Below, one piece after another: positions 47,299 to 57,533 of a DNA stretch of 64,000 nucleotides (position 1 is its first letter; each line of letters opens with the position of its first letter). The position numbers and the translations under genes were made by a program. Origin of the DNA: Smithellaceae bacterium. GTDB taxonomy: Bacteria > Desulfobacterota > Syntrophia > Syntrophales > Smithellaceae. The notes below the pieces were generated by a model. It saw only the letters and a program-made list of their open reading frames with translations, was not told the DNA's origin and made no database searches. The stretch covers positions 128,001 to 192,000 of the forward strand of contig CAXXVL010000002.1 of NCBI GenBank assembly GCA_963667845.2, given 5' to 3'.

Positions 47299-47480
47299 CC
47301 AGGGCATAAAGCCTTCGACCACTCTGGAATCTCTGGCCAAGCTCGAACCGGTCTTCATCAAAGACGAAAAAGGCACGGTTAAGGCCGGCAACGCAAGCCA
47401 GACCAACGACGCGGCGGCTGCGTGATTGTCGCCAGCAAATCGATGTGCAAGAAGCTGGGATTAAAACCCAAGATGAAGCT
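47299..47480 (+). pseudogene. Frameshifted internal fragment of the thiolase gene at 34187-35371
   Basis: Near-identical to 34825-35007, with a 1-nt deletion near 47418. Confidence 0.85.
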
Positions 47481-47715
47481 TGTGACTTTAAGAAGTCCTG
47501 ATGTTGTGAATTACAATTTGATACAAAAGAATAGTCGACAAGATCTGCGAGATTCACAGATTATGCAATTTCCGTTTGGATTAATTTGAACGGCAACTCT
47601 TTTTAGCAGTAACCCATCTTTGAGAGCATGGTCTTCTTTACATGATCATGGCTCTGGCGCAAAACCCATTGGTTAGAACCCATGCTCCCAAAAGATGAGT
47701 GGCTTTGGCATTTTT

Positions 47716-49254
47716 CTATTTAGGCTTCTCGCCGCGCAGGACATTCTTGAGAACTTTCTGCATGGCATTCTTCGGCAATGCGTCCACAAATTCGACGATG
47801 GCCGGCTTCTTATAGCTGGCCAGCTTTTCCCGGCAATAATCCATGATCTCCTCTGAAGTTGCCTGCTGTCCGGGTTTAAGAATAATAACCGCCTTGACGA
47901 TCTCTCCCCAATAATCATCAGGAACACCCACGACAGCTGATTCCAGGATTTTGGGATGGCTGTGCAGCACATTCTCAATTTCCACGGGGTAGATGTTTTC
48001 CCCGCCGCGGATAATCATGTCTTTTTTTCTACCGGCAAGGTAGAGATAACCATCTTCATCCATGCTGGCCAGATCACCCGTATGCAGCCACCCTCCGCGC
48101 AGAGTTTCCTCCGACGCTTCCGGCTTGTCCCAATAACCCTTCATGACTTTTTTGCCGCGGGCAATGATTTCACCGACGGTACCGATCGGCACATCCTGAT
48201 CCTGATCATCCACGATGCGGACCTCACCTTCGGGAATACAATGACCGATGCTGCCCAGGTGTTTTGTTTTTTTCGCTATCTCCTCCGGGCTGCCTTCCAG
48301 GACATGATCTTCGGGAGAGAGCACGGAAATAATTCCCGTAGACTCCGTCATGCCGAAAAAATTCGTATAGTCGGCCTGAAGGAGTTTTTTGGCTTGCAGG
48401 AGAAGCTTCACGGGCATGGGGGAGGCACCATAGCCGATGTTTCTTAAAGAGCTGAGGTCTTTCTTCGGAAAATCCGGATGATCAAGGATGCCCTGAAGCA
48501 TGGTGGGAACCAGATAGGTCGTGGCCACTTTCTCTTTTTCGATGATATCCAGACAGGCCCCCGTCTCGAACTGCGGAAGGATGACCTGGGTGTCTCCCCG
48601 GTAGAGGGGAAGCAAAGTGCTGACGACGCCGGCAATATGATACATGGGAACGTTCAAGAGCAATGTCCCCGCAGCGAAAGTGTACCGGTCCGTGATGGGG
48701 GTCTCGACATTGGCATGAGTCAGCATGGCGCCCTTCGGGAAGCCCGTTGTTCCACTGGTGTAGATTAGGCAGGCCGTGTCGCTCTCCTGAACGGGTACGC
48801 TGGGGAAAGGGGCTGGCGACTGCTGTGAAAGCAGGAGTTCGTAACTTTCCATATCCGCCGCAGGCTCTCCGATAACCACATAATGTTTGACGGATGACAG
48901 ATTGGCCCGGATGCCGTTGACAAGATCTACATAGCGATCGCCTAAAATCAGAACTTTCGGTGTGCAATTATTCAGGATGTAGGAAACTTCGTCGCCACGC
49001 AGCCTGAAATTCAGATTGGCGGAAATCCCGCCGACTTTGCCGATGGCGTATGTTATTTCGCAAAATTGAAAACAATTGGTCTGAAAGACCGCTACACGGT
49101 CACCGGGTTTAACGCCCATTTTAGTCAAGGCCCTGGCCAGGCGGTCTGCCCGTTCCTCCATCTGTTTGAAGGTTAACCGTACCTCGTCATGGACGACACA
49201 AATTTTATCGGGACATGTTTTACAGGTCTTTTCGACGATCGAAGCGAAATTCAT
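47716..49254 (-). CDS. Long-chain fatty-acid/acyl-CoA ligase (AMP-forming)
   Basis: YTSGTTGFPKG, FGMTES, WLHTGD, RKKDMIIRGGENIYP, LPKN..KV. Confidence 0.9.
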   Translation of the reverse strand: MNFASIVEKTCKTCPDKICVVHDEVRLTFKQMEERADRLARALTKMGVKPGDRVAVFQTNCFQFCEITYAIGKVGGISANLNFRLRGDEVSYILNNCTPKVLILGDRYVDLVNGIRANLSSVKHYVVIGEPAADMESYELLLSQQSPAPFPSVPVQESDTACLIYTSGTTGFPKGAMLTHANVETPITDRYTFAAGTLLLNVPMYHIAGVVSTLLPLYRGDTQVILPQFETGACLDIIEKEKVATTYLVPTMLQGILDHPDFPKKDLSSLRNIGYGASPMPVKLLLQAKKLLQADYTNFFGMTESTGIISVLSPEDHVLEGSPEEIAKKTKHLGSIGHCIPEGEVRIVDDQDQDVPIGTVGEIIARGKKVMKGYWDKPEASEETLRGGWLHTGDLASMDEDGYLYLAGRKKDMIIRGGENIYPVEIENVLHSHPKILESAVVGVPDDYWGEIVKAVIILKPGQQATSEEIMDYCREKLASYKKPAIVEFVDALPKNAMQKVLKNVLRGEKPK

Positions 49255-49285
49255 GACATCTCCTTTGATTCATTTCTTGATTCAT

Positions 49286-49315
49286 AAAAAAGGACGGCAA
49301 GCCTGCCGTCCTTTT
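49286..49315 (-). terminator. Hairpin with T/A runs on both sides
   Basis: AAAAAAGGACGGCA-AGCC-TGCCGTCCTTTT, just downstream of the binding-protein gene. Confidence 0.65.
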
Positions 49316-49327
49316 CCGGAACCGCTG

Positions 49328-50662
49328 TTATTTTCTCCCGTTAAGGATCGGAGGGGTGCACAGGGCCTGGGGAATGGTGACAACCTCACCCCAACTCGCG
49401 TTATGATCAAACCATTTATTGGGCATGACGAGTTCGGATAAGTAGATATCGCCGAGCATCAGGTGGTCCTGGGGCCGCATATACAAAGGACCAATAATGG
49501 AATTGTATTTGTATCCCTCCCAGGTTTTAATAATTTTTTCGGAATTGGTCGTTCCCGCTTTTTGCATCACATCAAAAAGCCAGTAGAGACTGATGACGCC
49601 GCTTCCCACAAAACCGATCGGCCATCTATAAAATTCAGTATCGTAAGGCTTGCTCCATTTCTTCCACTGTTTGTTCCAGAGTTCGGTGAACTTTTTGTTT
49701 GCAGGGGTGTTGATCGCGGGAATATATGCCTGGATTAGGATATTCCCAACGCCGGCATTGCCGCCAATACCTTTAAGCGTATTGGGGTCATCCAGGTATA
49801 TGCTGGAAATGGGCACCTTCAGGCCGAACTGTCTTGCTTGCTTCTGCAGATTTTCATTGTCTGCGGCCCATGCCTGGGTGATGATAGCATCGGCGCCGGA
49901 TGCCTTAATCTTGGTCAGATAAGGCGCAAAATCCTTGACGAAAAGGGGGAAAAAATCTTCGCCGACGATCTGTGCCTCCGGCTTATACTTCTTGATGGCG
50001 GCCTTGAATGTTTCAGCATAGGCATGGCCGTATGCATAATCCTGGCAGATGATATAAAACTTTTTTTCCGGGCGCTTGGTATAGTATTGGGCAAGGGCGA
50101 GGGTCCACTGCGTCGTATTGGGAGCCATGACCTGAAAGACGTAGGGATTCCAGTTCTTTTCGTCCAGAAGCATATCTGAAAACGAGGTATTGTTCATGAA
50201 AATTTTCTTGTGCAAACCGGCCATCATTTGGCCGACGAGGGTAATATGAGTCCCGGAAGTTCCCACCAGGGCATCGACTTTATCTTCCAGAATGAGCCTT
50301 TCCATGACCTTTTTTGCAATGTCAGGTTTAACCTGCGTATCTCCTTTGAAGATCTGGATTTTCTTCATTTTCCCGTCAACGAGAATTCCCCCTTGCGTAT
50401 TAATGTCATGGGCAACCCAGGCCGCAGCCAGATAAAATAATTCGCCGCTTATGGACCCCGGTCCACTGAAAGGGTTAACAACCCCTATCTTAATCGTATC
50501 CCCCGTAACAGGGGTATCCGATTTGCCGGGAATAAAGGTAGACATGTCTCCCTTAAGCGGCTGAAAAGCCATCGCGGCATTCCAATTGAAGCTACAGGTG
50601 AAGAAAAGAAACAAAGAAACGGCTGCTATGATCCTGCATCGATGAACCAAAGACCTTTGCAT
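49328..50662 (-). CDS. ABC-type substrate-binding protein (LivK-like), paralogue of 38857-40341
   Basis: Signal peptide, PFSGPG, DINTQGGILVDGK, CQDYAYGH, DFAPYLTKIKASGA. Confidence 0.85.
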   Translation of the reverse strand: MQRSLVHRCRIIAAVSLFLFFTCSFNWNAAMAFQPLKGDMSTFIPGKSDTPVTGDTIKIGVVNPFSGPGSISGELFYLAAAWVAHDINTQGGILVDGKMKKIQIFKGDTQVKPDIAKKVMERLILEDKVDALVGTSGTHITLVGQMMAGLHKKIFMNNTSFSDMLLDEKNWNPYVFQVMAPNTTQWTLALAQYYTKRPEKKFYIICQDYAYGHAYAETFKAAIKKYKPEAQIVGEDFFPLFVKDFAPYLTKIKASGADAIITQAWAADNENLQKQARQFGLKVPISSIYLDDPNTLKGIGGNAGVGNILIQAYIPAINTPANKKFTELWNKQWKKWSKPYDTEFYRWPIGFVGSGVISLYWLFDVMQKAGTTNSEKIIKTWEGYKYNSIIGPLYMRPQDHLMLGDIYLSELVMPNKWFDHNASWGEVVTIPQALCTPPILNGRK

Positions 50663-50863
50663 TTGCTACCTCCAATTTAATAAGGTTATGAAAATTTAAT
50701 ATCGATATCTGATAAGACGTCAACAAATACCGCTATCCTCTGAAAGCTTAATCTGGAAGATTGCACCTTCCTCCTGCATTCAATGCGTTGAGGAATAAAC
50801 TTAAGAACGCAGCAAACAATCTTGCGTCCAGCGTGCCTCTCATGACCGTTCCCCGCCTTTGTT

Positions 50864-52996
50864 TTACAAGTACTTCTCTTCCAGGAGCTGCAATACCTTG
50901 TCCGCCGAGTCGGTGACGGCGGTGCCGGGGCCGAAGATGCCTTTGACGCCTTTTTCATAAAGGAAGTCATAATCCACAGGCGGAATCACACCGCCCACCA
51001 CCACGATGATATCTTCTCCGCCCATTTTCTTCAACTCACCAATCAACATCGGAACCAGCGTCTTGTGCCCCGCGGCCAGACTCGAAACGCCCACCACATG
51101 CACGTCGTTTTCAATAGCCATTTTGGCGGCCTCTTCCGGCGTCTGGAACATCGGACTGATATCCACATCAAAGCCGATATCGGCATAAGCCGTCGCCACC
51201 ACTTTGATGCCCCGGTCGTGGCCGTCCTGCCCCATTTTGGTCACGAGCTGCCGCGGGCGGCGGCCCGTTTTCTCCATAAATCTTTCCGTCCGCTGCCTCA
51301 GGGCATCAATGACCTCACTGTCGCCGTATTCGGAAGCGTACGCGCCGGAGATAACCCGCGTTGTGGCGACATAGCGGCCGAAGACTTTTTCCAAAGCGTC
51401 GGAGACTTCACCCACGGTGGCCCGCAGTCTGACGGCAACGATTGCTGCTTCCAAAAGGTTTCCGCCCTTTTCGGCGATCGTTGTGATCTTTTCCAGGGCT
51501 TTGCCCACCGCCTGGTTGTCGCGTTTCGCTTTGATCTCCCTGAGCCTCGCGATCTGCTCATCACGAACGTTGCTGGAGATGTCCAGGACTTCGATGGGGA
51601 CTTCATCTTTGACTTTGTATTTGTTGACCCCGACGATGGTGTCTTTGCCCTGGTCGATCCTCGCTTGCCTTCGCGCGGCGGATTCCTCGATTCTCATCTT
51701 CGGCATGCCGGTTTCAATGGCCCGGGCCATGCCGCCCAGTTCTTCGATTTCATCCATGATCTTCTGCGCCTCTTTGATGATCGACGCGGTTAAGGATTCC
51801 ACATAATAGGAGCCGCCCAGGGGGTCAACCACATGGCAGACCTGGGACTCTTCCTGGATGATGATCTGGGTGTTGCGGGCAACCCGCGCGGATAAAGGCG
51901 TGGGCAGGCTCACGGCTTCGTCAAACGAGTTGGTGTGGAGCGACTGTGTGCCGCCCAAAGCTGCGGCCAGAGCTTCCAGGGTGGTCCGGATGATGTTGTT
52001 GTAGGGGTCCTGCTGCGTCAGGCTCCAGCCGGAGGTCTGGACGTGGGTTCTCAAGACCTGGGACCGGGGGTTAAGCGGGTGGAATTCGCCCACAATCTTA
52101 TGCCACAGATAACGGGCGGCGCGCAGCATGGCGATTTCCATAAAAAAGTTCATGCCCACGCCGAAGAAGAACGAAAGCCTCGGAGCAAAGTCATCGATCT
52201 TCAGTCCGCCGTCGATGGCGGCGCGGACATACTCCTTCCCGTCGGCCAGGGTAAAGGCGGTCTGCAAAACGGAGTCCGCCCCCGCTTCCATAATATGGTA
52301 GCCGCTGATGGAGACGGTGTTATACCGGGGCATGTGCTTCGAACAGTAGGAAATGATATCCGAGACAATCCGCATGGACGGTCTCGGTGGATAGATATAC
52401 GTATTGCGGGTGAGGAATTCTTTCAGGATATCGTTCTGGATGGTGCCGGCAAGTTTGCTCTGTTCGACGCCCTGCTCTTCGGCGGCAACAATATATCCGG
52501 CCAGAACCGGCAGCACGGCCCCGTTCATGGTCATGGAGACGGACACTTTCTCCAGGGGGATTTTGTCAAAGAGGATTTTCATGTCTTCAACAGAATCGAT
52601 CGCCACGCCGGCCTTCCCGACATCGCCCGCGACGCGGGGGTGGTCGGAGTCATAGCCCCGGTGGGTGGCAAGGTCAAAAGCCACGGACAGCCCGGTTTGT
52701 CCGGCGGCCAGATTTTTCCTGTAAAACTCATTCGATTCCCTGGCTGTGGCAAAACCCGCGTACTGCCGGATCGTCCAGGGCTGGTTGGCGTACATGGTCG
52801 CCGAAGGGCCCCGCAAATACGGCGGCAGACCCGACAACGTATTCACGGTATCGAGGCCTTCCAGGTCCTCCGCGGTATAAATCGGCTTCACGGTGATCCC
52901 TTCCGGCGTTTCCCAGTCAAGCGCCTCCAGGGGCCGTCCCTTTAACTCCTTAATGGCTGTTTCTTTCCATTTCTTCATGTTCTTGTGTGCGGTCAC
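50864..52996 (-). CDS. scpA: Methylmalonyl-CoA mutase (fused B12-binding domain)
   Basis: [59 protein letters not shown]. Confidence 0.95.
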   Translation of the reverse strand: MTAHKNMKKWKETAIKELKGRPLEALDWETPEGITVKPIYTAEDLEGLDTVNTLSGLPPYLRGPSATMYANQPWTIRQYAGFATARESNEFYRKNLAAGQTGLSVAFDLATHRGYDSDHPRVAGDVGKAGVAIDSVEDMKILFDKIPLEKVSVSMTMNGAVLPVLAGYIVAAEEQGVEQSKLAGTIQNDILKEFLTRNTYIYPPRPSMRIVSDIISYCSKHMPRYNTVSISGYHIMEAGADSVLQTAFTLADGKEYVRAAIDGGLKIDDFAPRLSFFFGVGMNFFMEIAMLRAARYLWHKIVGEFHPLNPRSQVLRTHVQTSGWSLTQQDPYNNIIRTTLEALAAALGGTQSLHTNSFDEAVSLPTPLSARVARNTQIIIQEESQVCHVVDPLGGSYYVESLTASIIKEAQKIMDEIEELGGMARAIETGMPKMRIEESAARRQARIDQGKDTIVGVNKYKVKDEVPIEVLDISSNVRDEQIARLREIKAKRDNQAVGKALEKITTIAEKGGNLLEAAIVAVRLRATVGEVSDALEKVFGRYVATTRVISGAYASEYGDSEVIDALRQRTERFMEKTGRRPRQLVTKMGQDGHDRGIKVVATAYADIGFDVDISPMFQTPEEAAKMAIENDVHVVGVSSLAAGHKTLVPMLIGELKKMGGEDIIVVVGGVIPPVDYDFLYEKGVKGIFGPGTAVTDSADKVLQLLEEKYL

Positions 52997-53054
52997 GGTT
53001 TAGCTCCTTTATTAAAATTCAAACATCCTGTTTCCTGTTGCAACGAAAGCACCG

Positions 53055-54557
53055 CTACATCTTGCGCAGTTCTTTTTTGAGGATCTTGCCAACCAGTGTT
53101 TTGGGCATCGCCGCGAGGATGACCACCTCTTTCGGGACAAAGAATTTCTTCAGCTTGCCCCTGCAGTATTCCAAAATCTCGCCGGCCGTCGCCGCCTGGC
53201 CGGCCCTGAGCGTGACAAAGGCTTTGATCTCTTCGCCGTAAACCTTGTCTTTGATGCCGATGACGGATGCTTCGGACACGGCCTCGTGCGCATAAAGGAC
53301 TTCTTCAATGACCCGCGGCGAAATGTTTTCGCCGCCCTTGATGATGATGTCTTTCTTGCGGTCGGTGATATAGAAATAGCCGTCTTTGTCCACGTAGCCG
53401 ATATCGCCCGTGTGCAGCCAGCCATTGACGACCACTTCCGCCGTCGCCTCGGGCATCTTCCAGTACCCTTTCATGACCATCGGGCCCCGCAAAACGATTT
53501 CGCCTTCCTGACCCTGGGGTAATTCCCGGTCGCTTCCGTCAAAGATCTTCATTTCCATGCCCTTCATCGGTTTGCCGATGGAACCGGGCTTGATGAGGAA
53601 TTGGCCGACATTGGTCGCGTTGTTGGCGCCCGCTTCCGTGAGCCCCCATCCCTCGGCGATTTGGGCTCCGAATTTTTCCTTGAACTGCTTCCAGGTATCA
53701 AGCGACAGGGGTGCGGAGCCGCAGACCCAGTATTTAACGGAGCTGATGTCGTACTTCGCATAGTCCGGAAACATCAGCATGTAAACGATCATGGTGGGGA
53801 CAATAGGAACGGACTGAACCTTATACTTGTCGATACTGGCAAAGACCTGTTCCAGATTGAACTGCCGCAAAATAGCAACTTTTCCGTTGAGGCGCAAAAA
53901 CGATCCGTTCATCATGGAAACGCCGAAGGAATGGCAAAGCGGCAGCATGGCCATCGAAACCAGATCCTGCGGAAGGTTGGTGGCTTCCTGCTGCATCCGC
54001 GCGGAATAGGCAAGTCCCGCATGGGTCAGCATGACGCCCTTGGGCGTGCCGGTCGTGCCGGAGGTGTAAATCATGGTCGCGACATCATCGTCGGCAGTTT
54101 GGACCATTACGAGATCTTCGGAGCCTTGGGCGAGAAGCTTCGCAAAATTATGCGTCCCTTCAATATCTTTATCGGAAACCACGACGATATTTTTTACGGC
54201 GCCCGATTTGGACTGAGCGGTCCTGACCTTATCCAGGTACTCCGGCGTGGTAATAACGGTGTGAACGTCGCTGTCTTGGTAAATGTAATTGATCTCTTCC
54301 TGGCCCACCAGGTAATTAATCGGCAATGCGATCGCGCCTAGCCGCCAGATCGCCTGAAATGCCTGAAAGACTTCCGGACAGTTCTGCATCTGCATAATGA
54401 CCCGGTCGCCGCGGGAGACACCCAGTTCCATAAGCGCATTACCAAATTTTCGGGCCGAGCGGTCCATCTGGACATTGGTAATTTCGCGGCCCTCAAAAAT
54501 GTAACTGACGTGCTCGCCCACTGCCAGGCTCTTCAAGGCCAATTCTGCAATATTCAT
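53055..54557 (-). CDS. Long-chain fatty-acid/acyl-CoA ligase (AMP-forming)
   Basis: YTSGTTGTPKG, GWGLTE, WLHTGDIG, DRKKDIIIKGGEN, PKTLVGKILK. Confidence 0.9.
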   Translation of the reverse strand: MNIAELALKSLAVGEHVSYIFEGREITNVQMDRSARKFGNALMELGVSRGDRVIMQMQNCPEVFQAFQAIWRLGAIALPINYLVGQEEINYIYQDSDVHTVITTPEYLDKVRTAQSKSGAVKNIVVVSDKDIEGTHNFAKLLAQGSEDLVMVQTADDDVATMIYTSGTTGTPKGVMLTHAGLAYSARMQQEATNLPQDLVSMAMLPLCHSFGVSMMNGSFLRLNGKVAILRQFNLEQVFASIDKYKVQSVPIVPTMIVYMLMFPDYAKYDISSVKYWVCGSAPLSLDTWKQFKEKFGAQIAEGWGLTEAGANNATNVGQFLIKPGSIGKPMKGMEMKIFDGSDRELPQGQEGEIVLRGPMVMKGYWKMPEATAEVVVNGWLHTGDIGYVDKDGYFYITDRKKDIIIKGGENISPRVIEEVLYAHEAVSEASVIGIKDKVYGEEIKAFVTLRAGQAATAGEILEYCRGKLKKFFVPKEVVILAAMPKTLVGKILKKELRKM

Positions 54558-54660
54558 CCCGAAGCCTCCTCAATGTATTCAAAGCGATTAAATCGTTATC
54601 GCCGATCTTTCCACTTTTGCACGATTACCCCTGTATACAAACGAAACACCAATTTCCTCT

Positions 54661-55662
54661 TTACGGGTCGATGACGGGCTGCCGCCTCAGGTACTGCGGT
54701 ATTTCAGCAATCTGCGATGCCGGCCTTGCTCTCAAAAGATGGCCGGGCAAAGCCACTCCGGCCATTTTTTCCGCCAGGCGGGCGCAGTCCAGAAGCCCCT
54801 CGAGATTGATGCCCGTTTTGATGCCCATTTCCTCAAACAAATGCACCAGGTCTTCGGTCGGTACGTTCCAGTAGCCGATGTCCAGTTCGGCAACCCCATA
54901 AGGCGTTGCGCTCATGCCGCAAAGCGATGTATCGAAAATGCGGATGCCCGCCTCGTAGGCGGCCATGCAGTTGGCGATGGCCGCGCCCCGCGTGTTATGA
55001 AAATGAACGGCCAGGTTGATCCCGAGCTGCAAATCCAGGAGCCTGCGGATCGTCGATTTGACCGTCTTAGGATTGGCCATCCCCGTGGAATCATGAAGCA
55101 CGATCTCGGATGCGCCCATGTAACCGAGCTTCAGCAGCAACTGCGCGAGGTCATCAGGGCTGATCCTGCCGCTGTAAGGGCAGCCGAAAGCCATCATGAT
55201 ATACACCCGGATGCTCCGTGCGTTGGCAACCGCCGCGTCCAGGACGGCGGGCAGCATCTTATTGAGACTTTCCTTAAGCGGCCGGCCAAGGTTCAGTCTA
55301 TTGAACGTATCGCTTGCGGCCAGCACAATCAGGATCTCGTCAATCTGGGTGACAACCGCGCGCCGGCAGCCGATTTCATTGGGAACAAGCCCCACATAGG
55401 TTACGTCCGGTTTCTTGGTAATTCCTTTGATCAGTTTTTCCGCATCATATCCTTCCGGCATCAGACGGGGATGGGTAAAGGAGGCGCATTCGATCTTATG
55501 CAGGCCGGTATCCGACAGCCGGTTGATGTAGTCTATTTTATCCTGGGTCGACAGGCTGTCACAGACTTCCGGCAGACCATCCCGCGGCGATACTTCCACG
55601 ATCGTGACCTGGTTATCTCTCTTCCTGGCAGTCCTGACCGCCGGCGAAACACCACTTAACAT
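54661..55662 (-). CDS. HMG-CoA lyase-like DRE-TIM protein, copy 2 (non-canonical active site)
   Basis: Closely colinear with 24464-25468; EVSPRDGLPEV, HFHNTRG, GMSATPY. Confidence 0.85.
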   Translation of the reverse strand: MLSGVSPAVRTARKRDNQVTIVEVSPRDGLPEVCDSLSTQDKIDYINRLSDTGLHKIECASFTHPRLMPEGYDAEKLIKGITKKPDVTYVGLVPNEIGCRRAVVTQIDEILIVLAASDTFNRLNLGRPLKESLNKMLPAVLDAAVANARSIRVYIMMAFGCPYSGRISPDDLAQLLLKLGYMGASEIVLHDSTGMANPKTVKSTIRRLLDLQLGINLAVHFHNTRGAAIANCMAAYEAGIRIFDTSLCGMSATPYGVAELDIGYWNVPTEDLVHLFEEMGIKTGINLEGLLDCARLAEKMAGVALPGHLLRARPASQIAEIPQYLRRQPVIDP

Positions 55663-55854
55663 TGTTGCTTGAGCTCCGAACTAAGATTTCCTGCAACTAA
55701 TGCATAAGTCATTCCAGCCGCGCGGGGCCCTCGTTCGGCTCCGAAACCTTCCGTTCAAAAAACCCGAACCGCACTTTGGTGCCCATAATCCTTATATTCC
55801 GTGACGCCCCCTTGTTCTTCCGAATTTTCTTCATCCTTAACCTTGTAATGCAAT

Positions 55855-55903
55855 TGTTTATGAAATATACTGTATTCCACAAATGATGTATATAATAAAT
55901 ACA
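55855..55903. promoter_or_regulatory. Tandem enhancer sites TGTTTATGAAATATACT and TGTATATAATAAATACA
   Basis: Same pair and near-same spacing (32 vs 31 bp) as 26613-26660. Confidence 0.75.
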
Positions 55904-56037
55904 AATTTATCAGACATAAGACTGCGGACCGCGCCGGACAATCCGTCTTTAGCAGAAGTCCCGGCGATCTGCAAAGACTGAAAGCTTATGTATTTTAAAA
56001 AGTTTTTTGCGGATTATTCCGATCAAAAAAACCCGAC

Positions 56038-56053
56038 TGGTATGTTATTTGCT
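56038..56053 (+). promoter_or_regulatory. Sigma54 -24/-12 promoter
   Basis: TGGTATGTTATTTGCT (GG-N10-GC). Confidence 0.75.
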
Positions 56054-56099
56054 ATGGTGGTCGGGTAAAAATATAAATGCCGGCAGTAAGGATGTACCC

Positions 56100-57527
56100 A
56101 TGAAAGACACAAGAAAGATTTCCGCCCGCCCTATCAAAATTCAGGATAATACGTTCCGCGACGGACATCAGTCCATCTACGCCACAAGGATGAAAACGGA
56201 AGATATGATTCCGATCGCCGAAGAAATGGATAACTGCGGCTTCTGGGCCATGGAGGTCTGGGGAGGCGCAACGTTTGACACCATGCACCGGTTCCTCAAT
56301 GAGGACCCGTGGATGCGGCCGAAGATTCTCAAACGATATGTCAAGAAAACGCCCTTCAGCATGCTGCTGCGCGGGCAGAATCTGGTCGGCTACCGGCATT
56401 ATGCGGATGACGTGGTGCGTGCCTTTGTCGATAAGTCCTGCGAAATCGGGATTGATATCTTCCGCTGCTTTGATGCGCTCAACGATTTTCGCAACATCGA
56501 AACCTGCGTGGAAAGAATCAAGGCCAACGGCAAGCACTTTGAAGGAACGGTTTGTTATTCGCTTACGGAAAGCCGCCTGGGCGGGGACATCTATACGCTG
56601 GATTTTTACGTGGCCAAAGCCAAAGAGCTGGAACGCATGGGCGCCGATACCATCTGTATCAAAGACATGGCCGGCCTCCTGTCCCCCTACGACGCGTTTG
56701 ATCTGTTCACCGCGCTTAAAAAAGAGATCAAGGTTCCCCTGCATCTGCACACGCATTACACCAGCGGCATGGGCAGCATGTCGTACCTGAAGGCCGTGGA
56801 AGCCGGCGTGGATATTATTGATACCTGCCTCGCACCCTTTGCACTGCGCACATCAATGCCCGCCTGCGAATCGATCGTTGCGGCTTTCCAGGGAACCGAC
56901 CGGGATTCCGGGATCGATATCCTCGCCCTGCTGAAACTGAGCGAACATCTGGAGACCATCGCCCCGAAGTATAAGCACCTGCTCGCGGATCACAAGCTGT
57001 CCATTATCGACAACAGCGTTCTGGCGCATCAGATTCCAGGCGGCATGATTTCCAATTTGATAAGCCAGCTCAAAGAGATGAAGGCGCTCGACAAAATCAA
57101 TGACATCTATAAAGAGGTTGTCCGGACGCGCAAGGACATGGGCTATCCGCCACTCGTGACGCCGGCATCGCAGATTATCGGTTCACAGGCCGTACTTAAT
57201 GTTCTTTTCGGCCGGTACGTCCGCATCTCCAACCAGCTCAAAGACCTCGTCCTGGGCCTCTACGGCAGGACCCCGGCGCCGATCGATCCGGAGCTCACCA
57301 AAAAAATATTGAAGAATTATAAGCGCGGCCAGGAACCGATCACCGGCCGGCCGGCCGATGAACTTCCCCCGGAGATAGAAGAGGCCAGGAAAACAATCGG
57401 CCATCTCGCGCGGACCAAAGAAGATCTGCTGGGATGGATTTTGTTCCCCCAGACGATGGAGAAATATCTGCAGGCAAAATACGGGGTCGATTCACCGGTG
57501 AGCTTAGGTGCGCCGGGCAATGCTTGA
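56100..57527 (+). CDS. Pyruvate/oxaloacetate carboxyltransferase (OadA / PycB / transcarboxylase 5S family), no biotin domain
   Basis: TFRDGHQS, EVWGGATFD, MLLRGQNLVGY, IKDMAG, HTH, HQIPGGM, GYPPLVTP; ends without an EAMKM biotinyl domain. Confidence 0.9.
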   Translation: MKDTRKISARPIKIQDNTFRDGHQSIYATRMKTEDMIPIAEEMDNCGFWAMEVWGGATFDTMHRFLNEDPWMRPKILKRYVKKTPFSMLLRGQNLVGYRHYADDVVRAFVDKSCEIGIDIFRCFDALNDFRNIETCVERIKANGKHFEGTVCYSLTESRLGGDIYTLDFYVAKAKELERMGADTICIKDMAGLLSPYDAFDLFTALKKEIKVPLHLHTHYTSGMGSMSYLKAVEAGVDIIDTCLAPFALRTSMPACESIVAAFQGTDRDSGIDILALLKLSEHLETIAPKYKHLLADHKLSIIDNSVLAHQIPGGMISNLISQLKEMKALDKINDIYKEVVRTRKDMGYPPLVTPASQIIGSQAVLNVLFGRYVRISNQLKDLVLGLYGRTPAPIDPELTKKILKNYKRGQEPITGRPADELPPEIEEARKTIGHLARTKEDLLGWILFPQTMEKYLQAKYGVDSPVSLGAPGNA

Positions 57528-57533
57528 TAAAAA

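Noticed and set aside
50864..52996. Mutase as a novel carbon-skeleton mutase (e.g. for a C6 propionate-dismutation intermediate)
   Set aside because: It retains the methylmalonyl-CoA-specific Tyr (RQYAGF) and Arg (TRNTY); isobutyryl- and hydroxyisobutyryl-CoA mutases differ at these positions. The absence of adjacent meaB or epimerase is not unusual.
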